From a virus (lineage: Duplodnaviria > Caudoviricetes), in the IMG/VR virus record IMGVR_UViG_3300037424_001076, positions 17,928 through 81,927 of that record: a stretch of DNA of 64,000 nucleotides; one strand, 5' to 3'. The notes below the pieces were generated by a model, which had not been told where the DNA came from, searched no databases, and saw only the letters and a program-made list of their open reading frames with translations. The stretch's first letter is position 1. The number at the start of each line of letters is the position of its first letter. This document shows positions 48,248-58,087 of this stretch, piece after piece. The translations under genes and the position numbers were made by a program.

Positions 48248-49593
48248 TTAAAATTTATGAGGACTCTCACGGGTAAAATCTTCGATCCCCGCAGGATTAT
48301 AACTAGCAATCTTTTTAAGTCCACCCATGAGTTCAGTTATAGCGATTGTTAATGCATCGATCCGATCCGGTGAATCTGGATCATTTTCTGCATCCCATTC
48401 AATCATTTGAGTTTCCAAATCCGGGAAAGTCCCAAGATGATGGACACGATTTTGTTCATATAAGGCTGCAATAGGCTCTGCCCTTATCTTCTTTCCCCTA
48501 CTTGCATGAATTCCCTTGAAACTAATATTCGGTTCAATCGTCTTTATAACGTGCTCAACCATGTCCCCACCTTGATTAATTTCTGCAACGATCCTATCCG
48601 CCTTCAATTTATTGTAAAGTGATACCACTGCATTTCCCCATCCATTCGGACTCTCAATACAAGACTTATCATCAAGGACATAAAATTGACCGTCATTACC
48701 TTTTCCAACAGCAATAATTCCAGTCTCATCCGAATTTTTATTAGCTGTGATAGCCGGATCAACCCCGACGACAACCCTAACCAATGTCGGATGCTTATTC
48801 ACCCGAGTATCTTCAATATTTTGACTCTTCCATAATGCTTTCGGGTTATCATCAAGAACTTCCGCATAAATTTCCTGTCTTCCCAATCTGGTATTTTCCA
48901 ATCTATCGATTATGGCATCAAAAAAAACAGGGGATAAATTCTCCCTGTTCTCAAAAGTAGATCCTCTTGTTATATGAACATTCTTAGCTATCACCAATTC
49001 CTTAATCGTTTTTGTCGGTCTTGGCGTTGTTGTTATTATGCATCGTGGGTTTTTCCCTACTCTCAAGCAAAAGGAAACCATATCCATTATTTCCTTTTGC
49101 TTCCTAGTGCTCGCTAATTCGTCGATCCACGCCGTGTCTATGTTAGGGCCACGTAACTGATCTGGTTCATCCCCTGAATACGTTATCGCCATCGCCCCAG
49201 TATGAAATGTGATTCTCCTTTTTGATGGTTCATATAAAGGTCTTTGATGGGCAGGAAACACACTTAATATTCCACTAATTCCCTCAACCATTACATCCCT
49301 TACATCTGCTGCTCTAGGGGCAACTAAAGCAATCTGCATTGCTTCACCACTATCCACTCTTTTTCTGATCCATTCACTTCCTGTTCTTGTCTTACCTAAC
49401 CCCAGCCGCGACCCGCAAGGATCAACCAATAAAACCAATTTCCCAACGGTTCGAGCTGATTTTTTCTTCCCCACACCTCCCAGCTATAAATCAAATAGTT
49501 TATTTCATCTATCTCAAGTTCATTTATGAATTTACATAACCCCTCTTTTCCTAAAGCAAGCAAATTCTTTTTGGATAATTTAGCTCTAAGCAT
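48248..49593 (-). pseudogene. terL: Terminase large subunit, frameshifted inside Walker A
   Basis: ORF 49396..49593 ends ILAGRGWG*; ORF 48248..49474 continues GKTRTG..WIDE..VGVDP..DRIDA. Removing 5 nt at 49394-49398 restores AGRGWGKTRTG. Confidence 0.88.
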
Positions 49594-49732
49594 TCATCTA
49601 TCACCTATAGCCTATAAATAATGTGCGTACCTTCGCCCGACTTATTACGCTGCAGTCCCCCTAGCATCACTCAAGAAATCCGTGCGGAACACAACAAGAT
49701 TCCTTTAGAACCGCCCCCATTAATTCACTAAA

Positions 49733-50452
49733 TCATATCAAACACCTAACGACTTCAAACCCTTCTGCCGACCCCATCCCTACAGCAGAACCCATAAAAC
49801 ACGACATTACTTGGATGAGTTCTACCGATCTAGGATGAGGAAACTTTCTTACCTCTGTATCATAACATTTTAACGCCCTTATTTTTAACTCCGTAAATGT
49901 CGCAATATCAAAGAATACATTTGGTGAGAAATTCCCGAATGACGAAAATGCCCATTCCGTACTAGATGGAATAGGAAATGTATATATAGCAGATACCCTA
50001 TGTTTATCCTTCATGGGTCTAGTTGCCGTCAATACAGCTCTATGGGTAGTCACATGGTCAATATTTAAATCTTTCTGAGAATGTGTAAATATGCAATCTG
50101 GTTGAAGTTCATCGATTAACTCTTCTATCGATCGAACAATATTTATAAGTGGTACTGTATCAAACTGATTATCTGGAAAGTCTGCAAATCTTAAATGTTT
50201 TTTTACATCTGATTTAGAAACACCCATTAACACCGATATCGCAGCCCTAGATTTATCTTTGATCTTTTCCTTTTCGATATCATCCATCATTTCACCCGGT
50301 CTTCTCGCCATCGTACCATAACTCAAATATGCGATATATACATCTTGTCTATCAACCCTTGTTGCCCGCGCAATTACTCCACCACAACCCAAAACTTCAT
50401 CATCTGGATGGGCAGAGATGATTAGAATATCTGCCATTCTATTCCCTCCCAT
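49733..50452 (-). CDS. PIG-L/LmbE-family N-deacetylase
   Basis: SAHPDDEVLGCGG..THS..D...DH. Confidence 0.9.
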   Translation of the reverse strand: MGGNRMADILIISAHPDDEVLGCGGVIARATRVDRQDVYIAYLSYGTMARRPGEMMDDIEKEKIKDKSRAAISVLMGVSKSDVKKHLRFADFPDNQFDTVPLINIVRSIEELIDELQPDCIFTHSQKDLNIDHVTTHRAVLTATRPMKDKHRVSAIYTFPIPSSTEWAFSSFGNFSPNVFFDIATFTELKIRALKCYDTEVRKFPHPRSVELIQVMSCFMGSAVGMGSAEGFEVVRCLI

Positions 50453-51179
50453 ACTCTCCCATCAGAAATCTTGCTATCTTTAAATCATGAGGAGTATTGA
50501 TATCTATTGATCTTTCCTCACTGATATAATACGGCATTATCTTAGGCATATAAAAATCCTCATACTGCATAAAACTTTTCGTTCTTGCAAATATAATAGA
50601 TCCATCATGTATATATCCCTTCTCCAATTCCGAATGTTGAGTATCGATATCCTTTGGAAACATAGGTTCAACTAATCCTGTCACCTTATCTATCCTAAGT
50701 GAATGTCTTGGTGGATATCTTATGCTACTGATACTCATCACACCATTTATTTCTTTATGTTTTTCCAATAGGGCTGATGCCATTCTAAGATCATTAGCAT
50801 TTCTTAAAGGTGATGTCGGAATGACCAATGCAACATTTTCAAATCCATTTCCTTCTGCATAATATATTTCCAATAGGTAGGCAACTAGTGTCCTTAATTT
50901 ACAAAAATCACCACTTAAACTAGGTGGTCTTAAATGGAGAACTACTCCATATTGTGAAGCAATCTCAAGATATTTGCGATCATCACTAGTAACCAGAATT
51001 TCCGAGAAGACACCACTATCTATAGATGTTTGAATCGCATGTTCTAATAAAGTTTTTCCATTGATAGTCTGAATATTTTTATTTATCAACCGCTTTGATC
51101 CGGCCCTTGCCGGAATGATAGCCAATGTTCCCATAAGTTCTCCCCCATCACTCATACTAACATTGCCACTAAATTCCAT
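50439..51179 (-). CDS. neuA: Acylneuraminate (CMP-nonulosonate) cytidylyltransferase, NeuA/PseF family
   Basis: AIIPARAGSKR..NKN..PTSPLR..SIDI.T..D. Confidence 0.92.
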   Translation of the reverse strand: MEFSGNVSMSDGGELMGTLAIIPARAGSKRLINKNIQTINGKTLLEHAIQTSIDSGVFSEILVTSDDRKYLEIASQYGVVLHLRPPSLSGDFCKLRTLVAYLLEIYYAEGNGFENVALVIPTSPLRNANDLRMASALLEKHKEINGVMSISSIRYPPRHSLRIDKVTGLVEPMFPKDIDTQHSELEKGYIHDGSIIFARTKSFMQYEDFYMPKIMPYYISEERSIDINTPHDLKIARFLMGEYGRE

Positions 51180-51850
51180 ACTGCCTCTGTATTTCCCACA
51201 TTTGGTTTTATATTTTGACTTATTTTATGTTCGAGCAATTCTATTTCAAATCCCGACTCTCCGAAAACTGTAGAGATATGTGTCTCTGTGCTAAAATGAA
51301 CCTTTCCACATTTTATAAATTTGCCTTGTTCAAACGTAAATGTATATGGATCTTGGCCTTGACTCCCCAACCTTCTCTGTCCATGTTCCCAAGAAAACCA
51401 ATCAATTCCAATAAACTTTCCTTCCGGCGTTAATTTATCAGAAATAAATGTCAACGAATCCATAATGCTTGCGGTATCATTATGTGTCAAAGAACTTCTA
51501 TCGATGACAAGATTAAATCTGACATCAAAAGGTATGTTTTTTGTAAAATCTCCATTAACAACCTTACCCGCTAATTCCGGGTACTTATCTCTGATCATCT
51601 TTACTGCTGTAGGACTTCCTTCAATAGCATAATAATCAACGCCAATAGATAAGAAATATGGAATATTTGCACCGATACCCGGCCCTAATTCTAAGACCTT
51701 ATCACCAGCAACTAAATTCCCATATCTATTTACATATTTAATTAGATCCGTCCACGGCCAAAGCGAATGACTCATACCCTGACTATACCTTTCTTCCCAT
51801 TCATTAGAAAACATCATTGCACCACCATATAACTCATAGTCGGACACCAA
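51152..51850 (-). CDS. Class I SAM-dependent methyltransferase
   Basis: VLELGPGIGAN..GDF..IDR.SL.H. Confidence 0.88.
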   Translation of the reverse strand: MVSDYELYGGAMMFSNEWEERYSQGMSHSLWPWTDLIKYVNRYGNLVAGDKVLELGPGIGANIPYFLSIGVDYYAIEGSPTAVKMIRDKYPELAGKVVNGDFTKNIPFDVRFNLVIDRSSLTHNDTASIMDSLTFISDKLTPEGKFIGIDWFSWEHGQRRLGSQGQDPYTFTFEQGKFIKCGKVHFSTETHISTVFGESGFEIELLEHKISQNIKPNVGNTEAVWNLVAMLV

Positions 51851-52497
51851 GCGAACCTTTCTAATTTTATATTCCTAATTCCTAGAACTTCCTGAATAGC
51901 AACCGTTTCACCGGGCCAATTCACATTATTAGCTTCATCAAAAGCAATTACTGCCCCTTTAACAAACCTGTCTTTGCATAAATCCAAGCAAATTTTTGTT
52001 GGTTCATATATATCAAAATCAAAATATGCCAAAGAAATTATTGTTTCAGGATGTCTAAAAAGATATTCCGGCATAGTCTCTACGACATCACCTTTTACTA
52101 ACTCATGTTTCGTTATCGAAGTTATCGGACTAGCTTTCTCTTGTTCCGCCAATACTTTTCCCAAATAATATCGATATCCTTCTGTAACTCCCATATCTCC
52201 TACTTTAGCATCCATATCATGATCCGATACATTCGGAAACCCTTTAAAAGTATCAAAACCAATAATTTTCCTAGTATAATTAAACGGTTCTAGCATACCT
52301 CTAAAGCATTCGAAGATAGCCATGTCCTGACCCCATCTAACGCCAAATTCTAGAATATTACCATGAATATTAAGGATTTTTTTATATATCTCATACAAGA
52401 AAATAACTCTCGTTAAAGGTTGTCTTTTGATAAATAAATTTAGATTAGATAATATTTCTTTTTCCGGTATCGGACACTCTTTAAATAAATTTATCAT
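51814..52497 (-). CDS. TylF/MycF-like sugar O-methyltransferase
   Basis: EFGV.WG..GFDTF.GF..KGD..ET...Y.DFD.YEPT..FDE. Confidence 0.8.
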   Translation of the reverse strand: MINLFKECPIPEKEILSNLNLFIKRQPLTRVIFLYEIYKKILNIHGNILEFGVRWGQDMAIFECFRGMLEPFNYTRKIIGFDTFKGFPNVSDHDMDAKVGDMGVTEGYRYYLGKVLAEQEKASPITSITKHELVKGDVVETMPEYLFRHPETIISLAYFDFDIYEPTKICLDLCKDRFVKGAVIAFDEANNVNWPGETVAIQEVLGIRNIKLERFAWCPTMSYMVVQ

Positions 52498-53240
52498 ATT
52501 ACTACTCCATCCAAAATTATTTTCTTGACATTATTGCTCATGATTATTTCTAACGACTTCGGCCCTTCATTAAACAATAAATCAATAATTCCCATATATG
52601 GAATGAATTCACCATGAAGCTGATTATATCTTGGGTGAATATATTCTTGAAAATAAGGTGCTATATTACATTCCCTAAATGCCGATCTGTTAGCATAATT
52701 CTGACCCTGTCCACCAAATATATAAATGTCAGCCTCCAACTTTTTACACATGTCCAATACAAGATCATTTTTCGATCCTTCGAATTTATAATTGGCTGCA
52801 TAATCAATTTCTGTCTTTATCCCTAATGTTTTCAAATACCACTCAAACATAAAATTATTTAGTTCAATAAGATATTGCCAATCTCGTCTATAAACATCTT
52901 CGAAGAATTCTGCATAATCATTGAAATATCTGGCTTTTTTGTATGCCAGATAAATTGATTTCCAATGTTTTTCTTTCCACCTAGTTTGATTATTGATTTC
53001 AATATCAGCAATTTTTTTACTTCGATGATCTTTATTTAATACCGGAACACTCAACCATATATATCCTCGATCTGTCTTGATCTTATTTCGATTAATCCAA
53101 TCCTTGCTGCAATACTGAACTTGGTCAAAGTGTACGAACTTATCTGCAATTGCTATTTTATGAAACAGCCCCAACCAAGGCATATATCCGCTCTGGTGTG
53201 CCGTAAGAACCATCTTTTTGCTCGGGGTTAATACAGGCAT
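52494..53240 (-). CDS. WbqC-family protein
   Basis: HQ..Y.PW.G.F.KI...D..Q...W..RN.I..IDLLFNEG. Confidence 0.9.
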   Translation of the reverse strand: MPVLTPSKKMVLTAHQSGYMPWLGLFHKIAIADKFVHFDQVQYCSKDWINRNKIKTDRGYIWLSVPVLNKDHRSKKIADIEINNQTRWKEKHWKSIYLAYKKARYFNDYAEFFEDVYRRDWQYLIELNNFMFEWYLKTLGIKTEIDYAANYKFEGSKNDLVLDMCKKLEADIYIFGGQGQNYANRSAFRECNIAPYFQEYIHPRYNQLHGEFIPYMGIIDLLFNEGPKSLEIIMSNNVKKIILDGVVI

Positions 53241-54184
53241 TTTTTCACCACCAAAATAATTAAATCGACTTCTTTATCAGTCATACTTGGATAAATTGGC
53301 AACGAAACTGTTGTCCTAGCCATCTCAACAGCATTAGGATAAAGATATTTATCACCCAATAATTCGAACTCTTCAATCGGCACTATTGCCTTGATTCCAT
53401 AATTGTACAAGGTATCAATTATTTTTCTTGCCCTATCCGTTTTTAAAATCGCCCGATACCGAACATCTATTATAGATTTATCGGAACTCTTGACCATTGT
53501 AAAACCAGCAAGAACATATTCATTGAATATCTCTTCCCGGCGTTGAATGAACTTATTTATTTTAGTTAGTTGAACCCTTCCGATCGCTGCCTGTAGGTCT
53601 GACATTTGAAAATTAAACCTTGGCAATAAATCACTTCTCATATCAAATTCCCTATAATCCCGAATCTCATCAATCCTTGCCTTATCCCTAGAAACTATTG
53701 CCCCACCTTGCCCACCACTTGTTATAATCTTCGTCGCAGAAAACGAGAATATTCCATAGTCACAAAATGTACCAACATATTGATTGTTTATTTTAGCACC
53801 AAACGCTTGGGCTGCATCCTCGATAATAGGTTTATGATTCATTCTTTCCGGTATCCCGAACATATGGACAACTATATCTGAATCAATTCCAATGTCCTTT
53901 GCTTCCGGCATAGACCCTGCTTCTATTACAGCATTTCTAACTGCCGAACACGTATATATCGGATATGAAATATTTAATTTACGAGAATGTTTAATCGCCA
54001 TAAATAGAGCTGCCGTTCCACTGCTTACTGCTATTGCATGACCTTCTGGAAGTTCTAGATATTTGCATAATTCATTCTCGAATCTTTCAACTTCTTTTCC
54101 CGGCCCAACCCATCCAGATCCAATGATTCGGTTCGCCGCTCTTTGTTCATCAGATCCTAATGTTGGATAATTATGATTTATCAT
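53228..54184 (-). CDS. DegT/DnrJ/EryC1/StrS aminotransferase
   Basis: SSGTAAL..EDAAQAFG..FSF.ATK..T.G.GG. Confidence 0.9.
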   Translation of the reverse strand: MINHNYPTLGSDEQRAANRIIGSGWVGPGKEVERFENELCKYLELPEGHAIAVSSGTAALFMAIKHSRKLNISYPIYTCSAVRNAVIEAGSMPEAKDIGIDSDIVVHMFGIPERMNHKPIIEDAAQAFGAKINNQYVGTFCDYGIFSFSATKIITSGGQGGAIVSRDKARIDEIRDYREFDMRSDLLPRFNFQMSDLQAAIGRVQLTKINKFIQRREEIFNEYVLAGFTMVKSSDKSIIDVRYRAILKTDRARKIIDTLYNYGIKAIVPIEEFELLGDKYLYPNAVEMARTTVSLPIYPSMTDKEVDLIILVVKKCLY

Positions 54185-54617
54185 AATATCCCGCCCTAAT
54201 ATTCATTGGATTCCCCCAAACCAAAGAATATGGAGGTATTTTCCCCGGCCCAACGATCGAACCCGCAGCGATTACCGAATGATGCCCTATCGTCGTTCCA
54301 CCTTTTATTACTGAATGCGACCCAATAAAGACATTATTTCCAATCCAAATTCCCTTCCTTTCCACTTTATCAATCACTCCAAGGCACAACTTATGGGAAT
54401 CTGCAGCATTTATCGCAACGAATGAAGCGATATCACAATCATTCTGGATAATCACATTGGTATTCTTGGCATTAACTTCTGAAAATGCACCAATATAAAC
54501 ATTTTTTCCAATTATTGGTCTTCCTGTGATTATAACAAGTGGATGAAAATCATTCTCCTCAAGTCCCATCACATCAAATATTATTTTTTTCGCCTTCGCC
54601 ATCATCGATATCTTCAT
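54171..54617 (-). CDS. Hexapeptide-repeat acyltransferase
   Basis: IGNNVFIGSHSVIKGGTTIG..SVIAAGS.V...GNP. Confidence 0.88.
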   Translation of the reverse strand: MKISMMAKAKKIIFDVMGLEENDFHPLVIITGRPIIGKNVYIGAFSEVNAKNTNVIIQNDCDIASFVAINAADSHKLCLGVIDKVERKGIWIGNNVFIGSHSVIKGGTTIGHHSVIAAGSIVGPGKIPPYSLVWGNPMNIRAGYYDKS

Positions 54618-55614
54618 CTAGAAGTTTCTCACCTCTCAAAATATCCCTTGTGGCTTCTTGACCCAAGAATAAAATTATTTTCTCAGGTTGTAATCCATCC
54701 CCCGGCCTCATCATCCCTATGTTTTCATTCGTTAATTTATCGCCCTTCTTTATATCTAGTATTGCTGTCAAACTTCGTCTTGCAATTTTTCTCATATTTT
54801 CTTCATTCCTAGTCGGTTTTAATCCAGCATGACCCATCATTTTATCTGCTCTATGGATTGCATCTATCCAACTTTTCAGATCACTTGGATTCTTACTAAA
54901 CTTTTGATCCGGCCCGGGTATAGTATTCGACATAGTGAAATGTGTTTCGAACACTCTAGCCCCAAATCCCACACCCAAAACTGCAGCAATATTTCCAATC
55001 GTATGATCCGAATAACCCAAAATAATATTCGTATATATCTTCCTTAATTTATCCATCTTTTTCATATTCACTTCATCCGGCATCGTCGGATATAGAGATG
55101 TACAATGCAATAATATAATTGGATACTCTTTCTCATCTCCCCTTATAGTAAAGACCGCTTTATCAATTTCATCTTGGTAAGCCATACCACAACCAACTAT
55201 AATCGGTAATCTTGTTTCTGCATATTTTTTTAAGAGGGGAAGATTAGTAAGATCATCTGACCCGACCTTAATTGCCTTTACTCCCAATTTTAAAAGTATT
55301 TCTAGGTCAGTATAATTTTGTGGTGTCGAAAGAAATGTAAGATTCAACTGATCACATAACCTTTTGATCGTTTTCCAATCTTCTTCTTTTATCTCACATT
55401 GTTTAAATGTCTGATACAATTCGGCTTTTGGATCACAAAATTCATCAGCTTTAAATGTCTGAAATTTTATCGCATCTGCTCCCGCTCTCTTGGCAGTTCC
55501 GACCATTTCCAAAGCCATTTTTAAACTGCCATTATGATTTATGCCAGCTTCCGCGATTGTGTACGGTCTATGATATCTACTTATAGTTCTTCCTCTAATT
55601 TGTATCTCTTTCAT
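54574..55614 (-). CDS. neuB: N-acetylneuraminate/nonulosonate synthase (NeuB/PseI family) with SAF domain, copy A
   Basis: AEAGINHNG..ADAIKFQTF..LHCTSLYP..GYSDHT..RRS..RPG.G. Confidence 0.92.
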   Translation of the reverse strand: MKEIQIRGRTISRYHRPYTIAEAGINHNGSLKMALEMVGTAKRAGADAIKFQTFKADEFCDPKAELYQTFKQCEIKEEDWKTIKRLCDQLNLTFLSTPQNYTDLEILLKLGVKAIKVGSDDLTNLPLLKKYAETRLPIIVGCGMAYQDEIDKAVFTIRGDEKEYPIILLHCTSLYPTMPDEVNMKKMDKLRKIYTNIILGYSDHTIGNIAAVLGVGFGARVFETHFTMSNTIPGPDQKFSKNPSDLKSWIDAIHRADKMMGHAGLKPTRNEENMRKIARRSLTAILDIKKGDKLTNENIGMMRPGDGLQPEKIILFLGQEATRDILRGEKLLDEDIDDGEGEKNNI

Positions 55615-56690
55615 ATAAAATTACACCAATCTGACCAAGTAACCACTTCGTCTTTCTTGATATCCCTATTCGCCCTTTTCCCAATCAATTGATCTGCATA
55701 TAAGGGTGAAACACCAGTTCCCGGCCTTTTTGCACTTATCATATTTTTAGTTATAATTTCACCTTCCACTATGTCCAGACTAGCAACAATACTAGTAAAA
55801 TATAAACTCTTCATCGATAAATCTTCGATCGACGGTTTTAGATTTTTTTCCCCTAACGCCTTTTCTGCTTGTCTAACTGATAAAATCCATTTTCTGAATT
55901 CAACTGGATCAAGTGCTTTTATATGGTGATGGCCAATAATATTTCTATCCAACGTCAATCTTTTTTCAATTAGATTAGCACCCAAAGCTATCGCCATAGT
56001 ATCAGCAACAATATCCCTTGTATCTGCAGCATATCCGATTGGAATATTTAACATCTCTTTGAGATAAGGAATTCCCTTTAAATTTATTTTCTCGATCGAA
56101 CTCGCATGACTACAATAAACGAGCATGACCTCCCTAGCCCCATTTTTCTCTAAGAACTCTATGATCTGGACAACCTCGCCCATGATCGCCGGGCCTAGAT
56201 CTATTTGAATAGGTTTACCCGTCCTCGCAACTGCCTCAAGGAGAGGGTAATTCCTTAGATCCCATGATCCTATTTTATAAGCAGAAACATTTGCATCTTC
56301 TGCCCACTCCACACTCCGAATCGAATCGACAGATAAATAAAAAGTGATTCCTATTTTTTTAGCATACTGAGATAATTCAATAAGTTCATACGGTTGAAAT
56401 TGATGCTTTTTAAGCATTTCAAACATATTTTCTTCCTTAGTTCCTTCGCTAGTTTCATATATATAATTAACTGTCTTGTCAGACATAAATTCTTCACAAT
56501 CAATAGTTTGAAACTTTACTGCATCTGCTCCCGCTTCCTTCGCCTCATATATAAGTTCCTTAGCAACTTCTAATGAACCATAAGCAGTAACACCAGTTTC
56601 GACGACAATAAAAACTGGCTTTCCATCTCCAATTTTATTTTTATCTATCTCAATACACGATTTTAGATTACTCTTAATTTGCATCTTCAA
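55611..56690 (-). CDS. neuB: NeuB/PseI-family synthase with SAF domain, copy B (divergent active-site motifs)
   Basis: ADAVKFQT..KIGS.D..EKRLTLDR..KRPGTG; the usual INHNG, HC and SDHT motifs are altered (VTAYG, YC, AADT). Confidence 0.85.
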   Translation of the reverse strand: MKMQIKSNLKSCIEIDKNKIGDGKPVFIVVETGVTAYGSLEVAKELIYEAKEAGADAVKFQTIDCEEFMSDKTVNYIYETSEGTKEENMFEMLKKHQFQPYELIELSQYAKKIGITFYLSVDSIRSVEWAEDANVSAYKIGSWDLRNYPLLEAVARTGKPIQIDLGPAIMGEVVQIIEFLEKNGAREVMLVYCSHASSIEKINLKGIPYLKEMLNIPIGYAADTRDIVADTMAIALGANLIEKRLTLDRNIIGHHHIKALDPVEFRKWILSVRQAEKALGEKNLKPSIEDLSMKSLYFTSIVASLDIVEGEIITKNMISAKRPGTGVSPLYADQLIGKRANRDIKKDEVVTWSDWCNFI

Positions 56691-57229
56691 ATTTCCCCCA
56701 ATTTGAGTTTAGCAATTTTTTTCCTAGTTTTTTTCGCCAACTTACTCACATATGCACGCGATATTTTCAAAACATCTGCTACATCTTTTTGTGGTAATTC
56801 ATAATAGAATAGCATCTCAATAATTGTTTTCTCATAATCTTCCAACGATGTAAAGATATCTTTGAGCACTATCAAATCTAATACTCGTTCATATTCTCTT
56901 GGGTAAGATTCATCTAGAATTAGATTATCCATGATTTCGAGATTTTCATAAGATACCGGCCTTTTTCTCATTAACATCTTAATTTCATTTTCTATGCATC
57001 GCCCTGCATATGTCGTAAACTTTGCTCCCTTGTCAGGATTAAATGTCAATCCCGCTTTACATAAGCCATATGCTGCATTACAAAAAACCTCATCATATGA
57101 ATACTCTATATTTTTAGCTACATATCTTTTAGTTATATATCCGGCAAGACAAATATTATCTTCAACAAGTTTCCTCTGCTCCTCCGTCATCTTTTTCATC
57201 TCTTTGCCTCCCGACAAAGTAAAAACCAA
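56687..57229 (-). CDS. Sigma-70 family sigma factor (sporulation SigK/SigE-like)
   Basis: LVEDN..LA..YGLCKA..F.PDKG.KF.TYA.RCIENEI.M..QK.VA..L.ISR.YVS. Confidence 0.9.
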   Translation of the reverse strand: MVFTLSGGKEMKKMTEEQRKLVEDNICLAGYITKRYVAKNIEYSYDEVFCNAAYGLCKAGLTFNPDKGAKFTTYAGRCIENEIKMLMRKRPVSYENLEIMDNLILDESYPREYERVLDLIVLKDIFTSLEDYEKTIIEMLFYYELPQKDVADVLKISRAYVSKLAKKTRKKIAKLKLGEI

Positions 57230-57238
57230 GAGATAAAA

Positions 57239-57835
57239 CTATGATACCTCTTGTCTATCAGACTTTTCACTGAAATCTTTTAATTTTTGAATTATCCTTT
57301 TTTCCAATCTACTTATATATGATTGGGATATTTTTAACTCATCTGCGATTATCTTCTGGGATTTCATATGGAAATACCTCGAAATAATTATTTGTATCTC
57401 CCTATCCTTCAACATCCCAAGTGCTTCTTTTGCACACATGATGTCCAATATCTCATTGTATTTTAGATGATCATCATTACTAAGTACTCCTTCTAAACTA
57501 GCTTGATTTCCTTCTTTATCCTCCGTCAAGATTTCATTTAGATAAATATCAGACCCATTTCTCGACTGATTCCCTCTTTTCCTGAAAGCCATCTTAATTT
57601 CATTTTCCATGCATCTCCCAGCATATGTCGCAAACTTTGCTCCTTTATTAGGGTCAAATGTCCGCGCAGCTTTACAAAGTGCAAATGAAAACATTGAAAA
57701 TATTTCATCATAATCAAAGTTCCTAACCCCACCTTTGAGCCATTTGTTAGTCATATATCTAGCTAGATTGATATTATCCTCAACCAACTTTTGTTGATCT
57801 TTCGTCATCTTCCTTTGCATTCCCAACATAGCCAT
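57239..57835 (-). CDS. Sigma-70 family sigma factor (sporulation SigK/SigE-like)
   Basis: FATYAGRCMENEIKM..SQK.IA..L.ISQSYISRLEKRII..L. Confidence 0.92.
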   Translation of the reverse strand: MAMLGMQRKMTKDQQKLVEDNINLARYMTNKWLKGGVRNFDYDEIFSMFSFALCKAARTFDPNKGAKFATYAGRCMENEIKMAFRKRGNQSRNGSDIYLNEILTEDKEGNQASLEGVLSNDDHLKYNEILDIMCAKEALGMLKDREIQIIISRYFHMKSQKIIADELKISQSYISRLEKRIIQKLKDFSEKSDRQEVS

Positions 57836-57871
57836 TTCCCCCCAAAAATAAAAAAGGAAATGATTTTGTTT

Positions 57872-58087
57872 TCATTTCTCTAAACTCTTATTCTGCTCTT
57901 TGAATCTTTCCTTACTCGGATTCGTATCTAATTTATGATCCCCACACCAATCATGGTCTGGATAAACTGCCGGGTATCCATTCATAGTTGGTGCTTTTCT
58001 CCTGCATCTTCCGATCTCCAATGTTTTAGGTGCATAAAATGCACACGTCGAACAAGAAAATCCAGTCTTGCGATCCCATTTATCCAT
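57872..58087 (-). CDS. Small Cys-rich protein
   Basis: CSTCAFY..G.CRR.AP..YP.V...WCG.H. Confidence 0.65.
   Translation of the reverse strand: MDKWDRKTGFSCSTCAFYAPKTLEIGRCRRKAPTMNGYPAVYPDHDWCGDHKLDTNPSKERFKEQNKSLEK

Noticed and set aside
49594-49732. Possible tRNA or intron in the GC-richer gap upstream of terL
   Set aside because: Could not fold a cloverleaf or find T-loop/intron boundary motifs by eye
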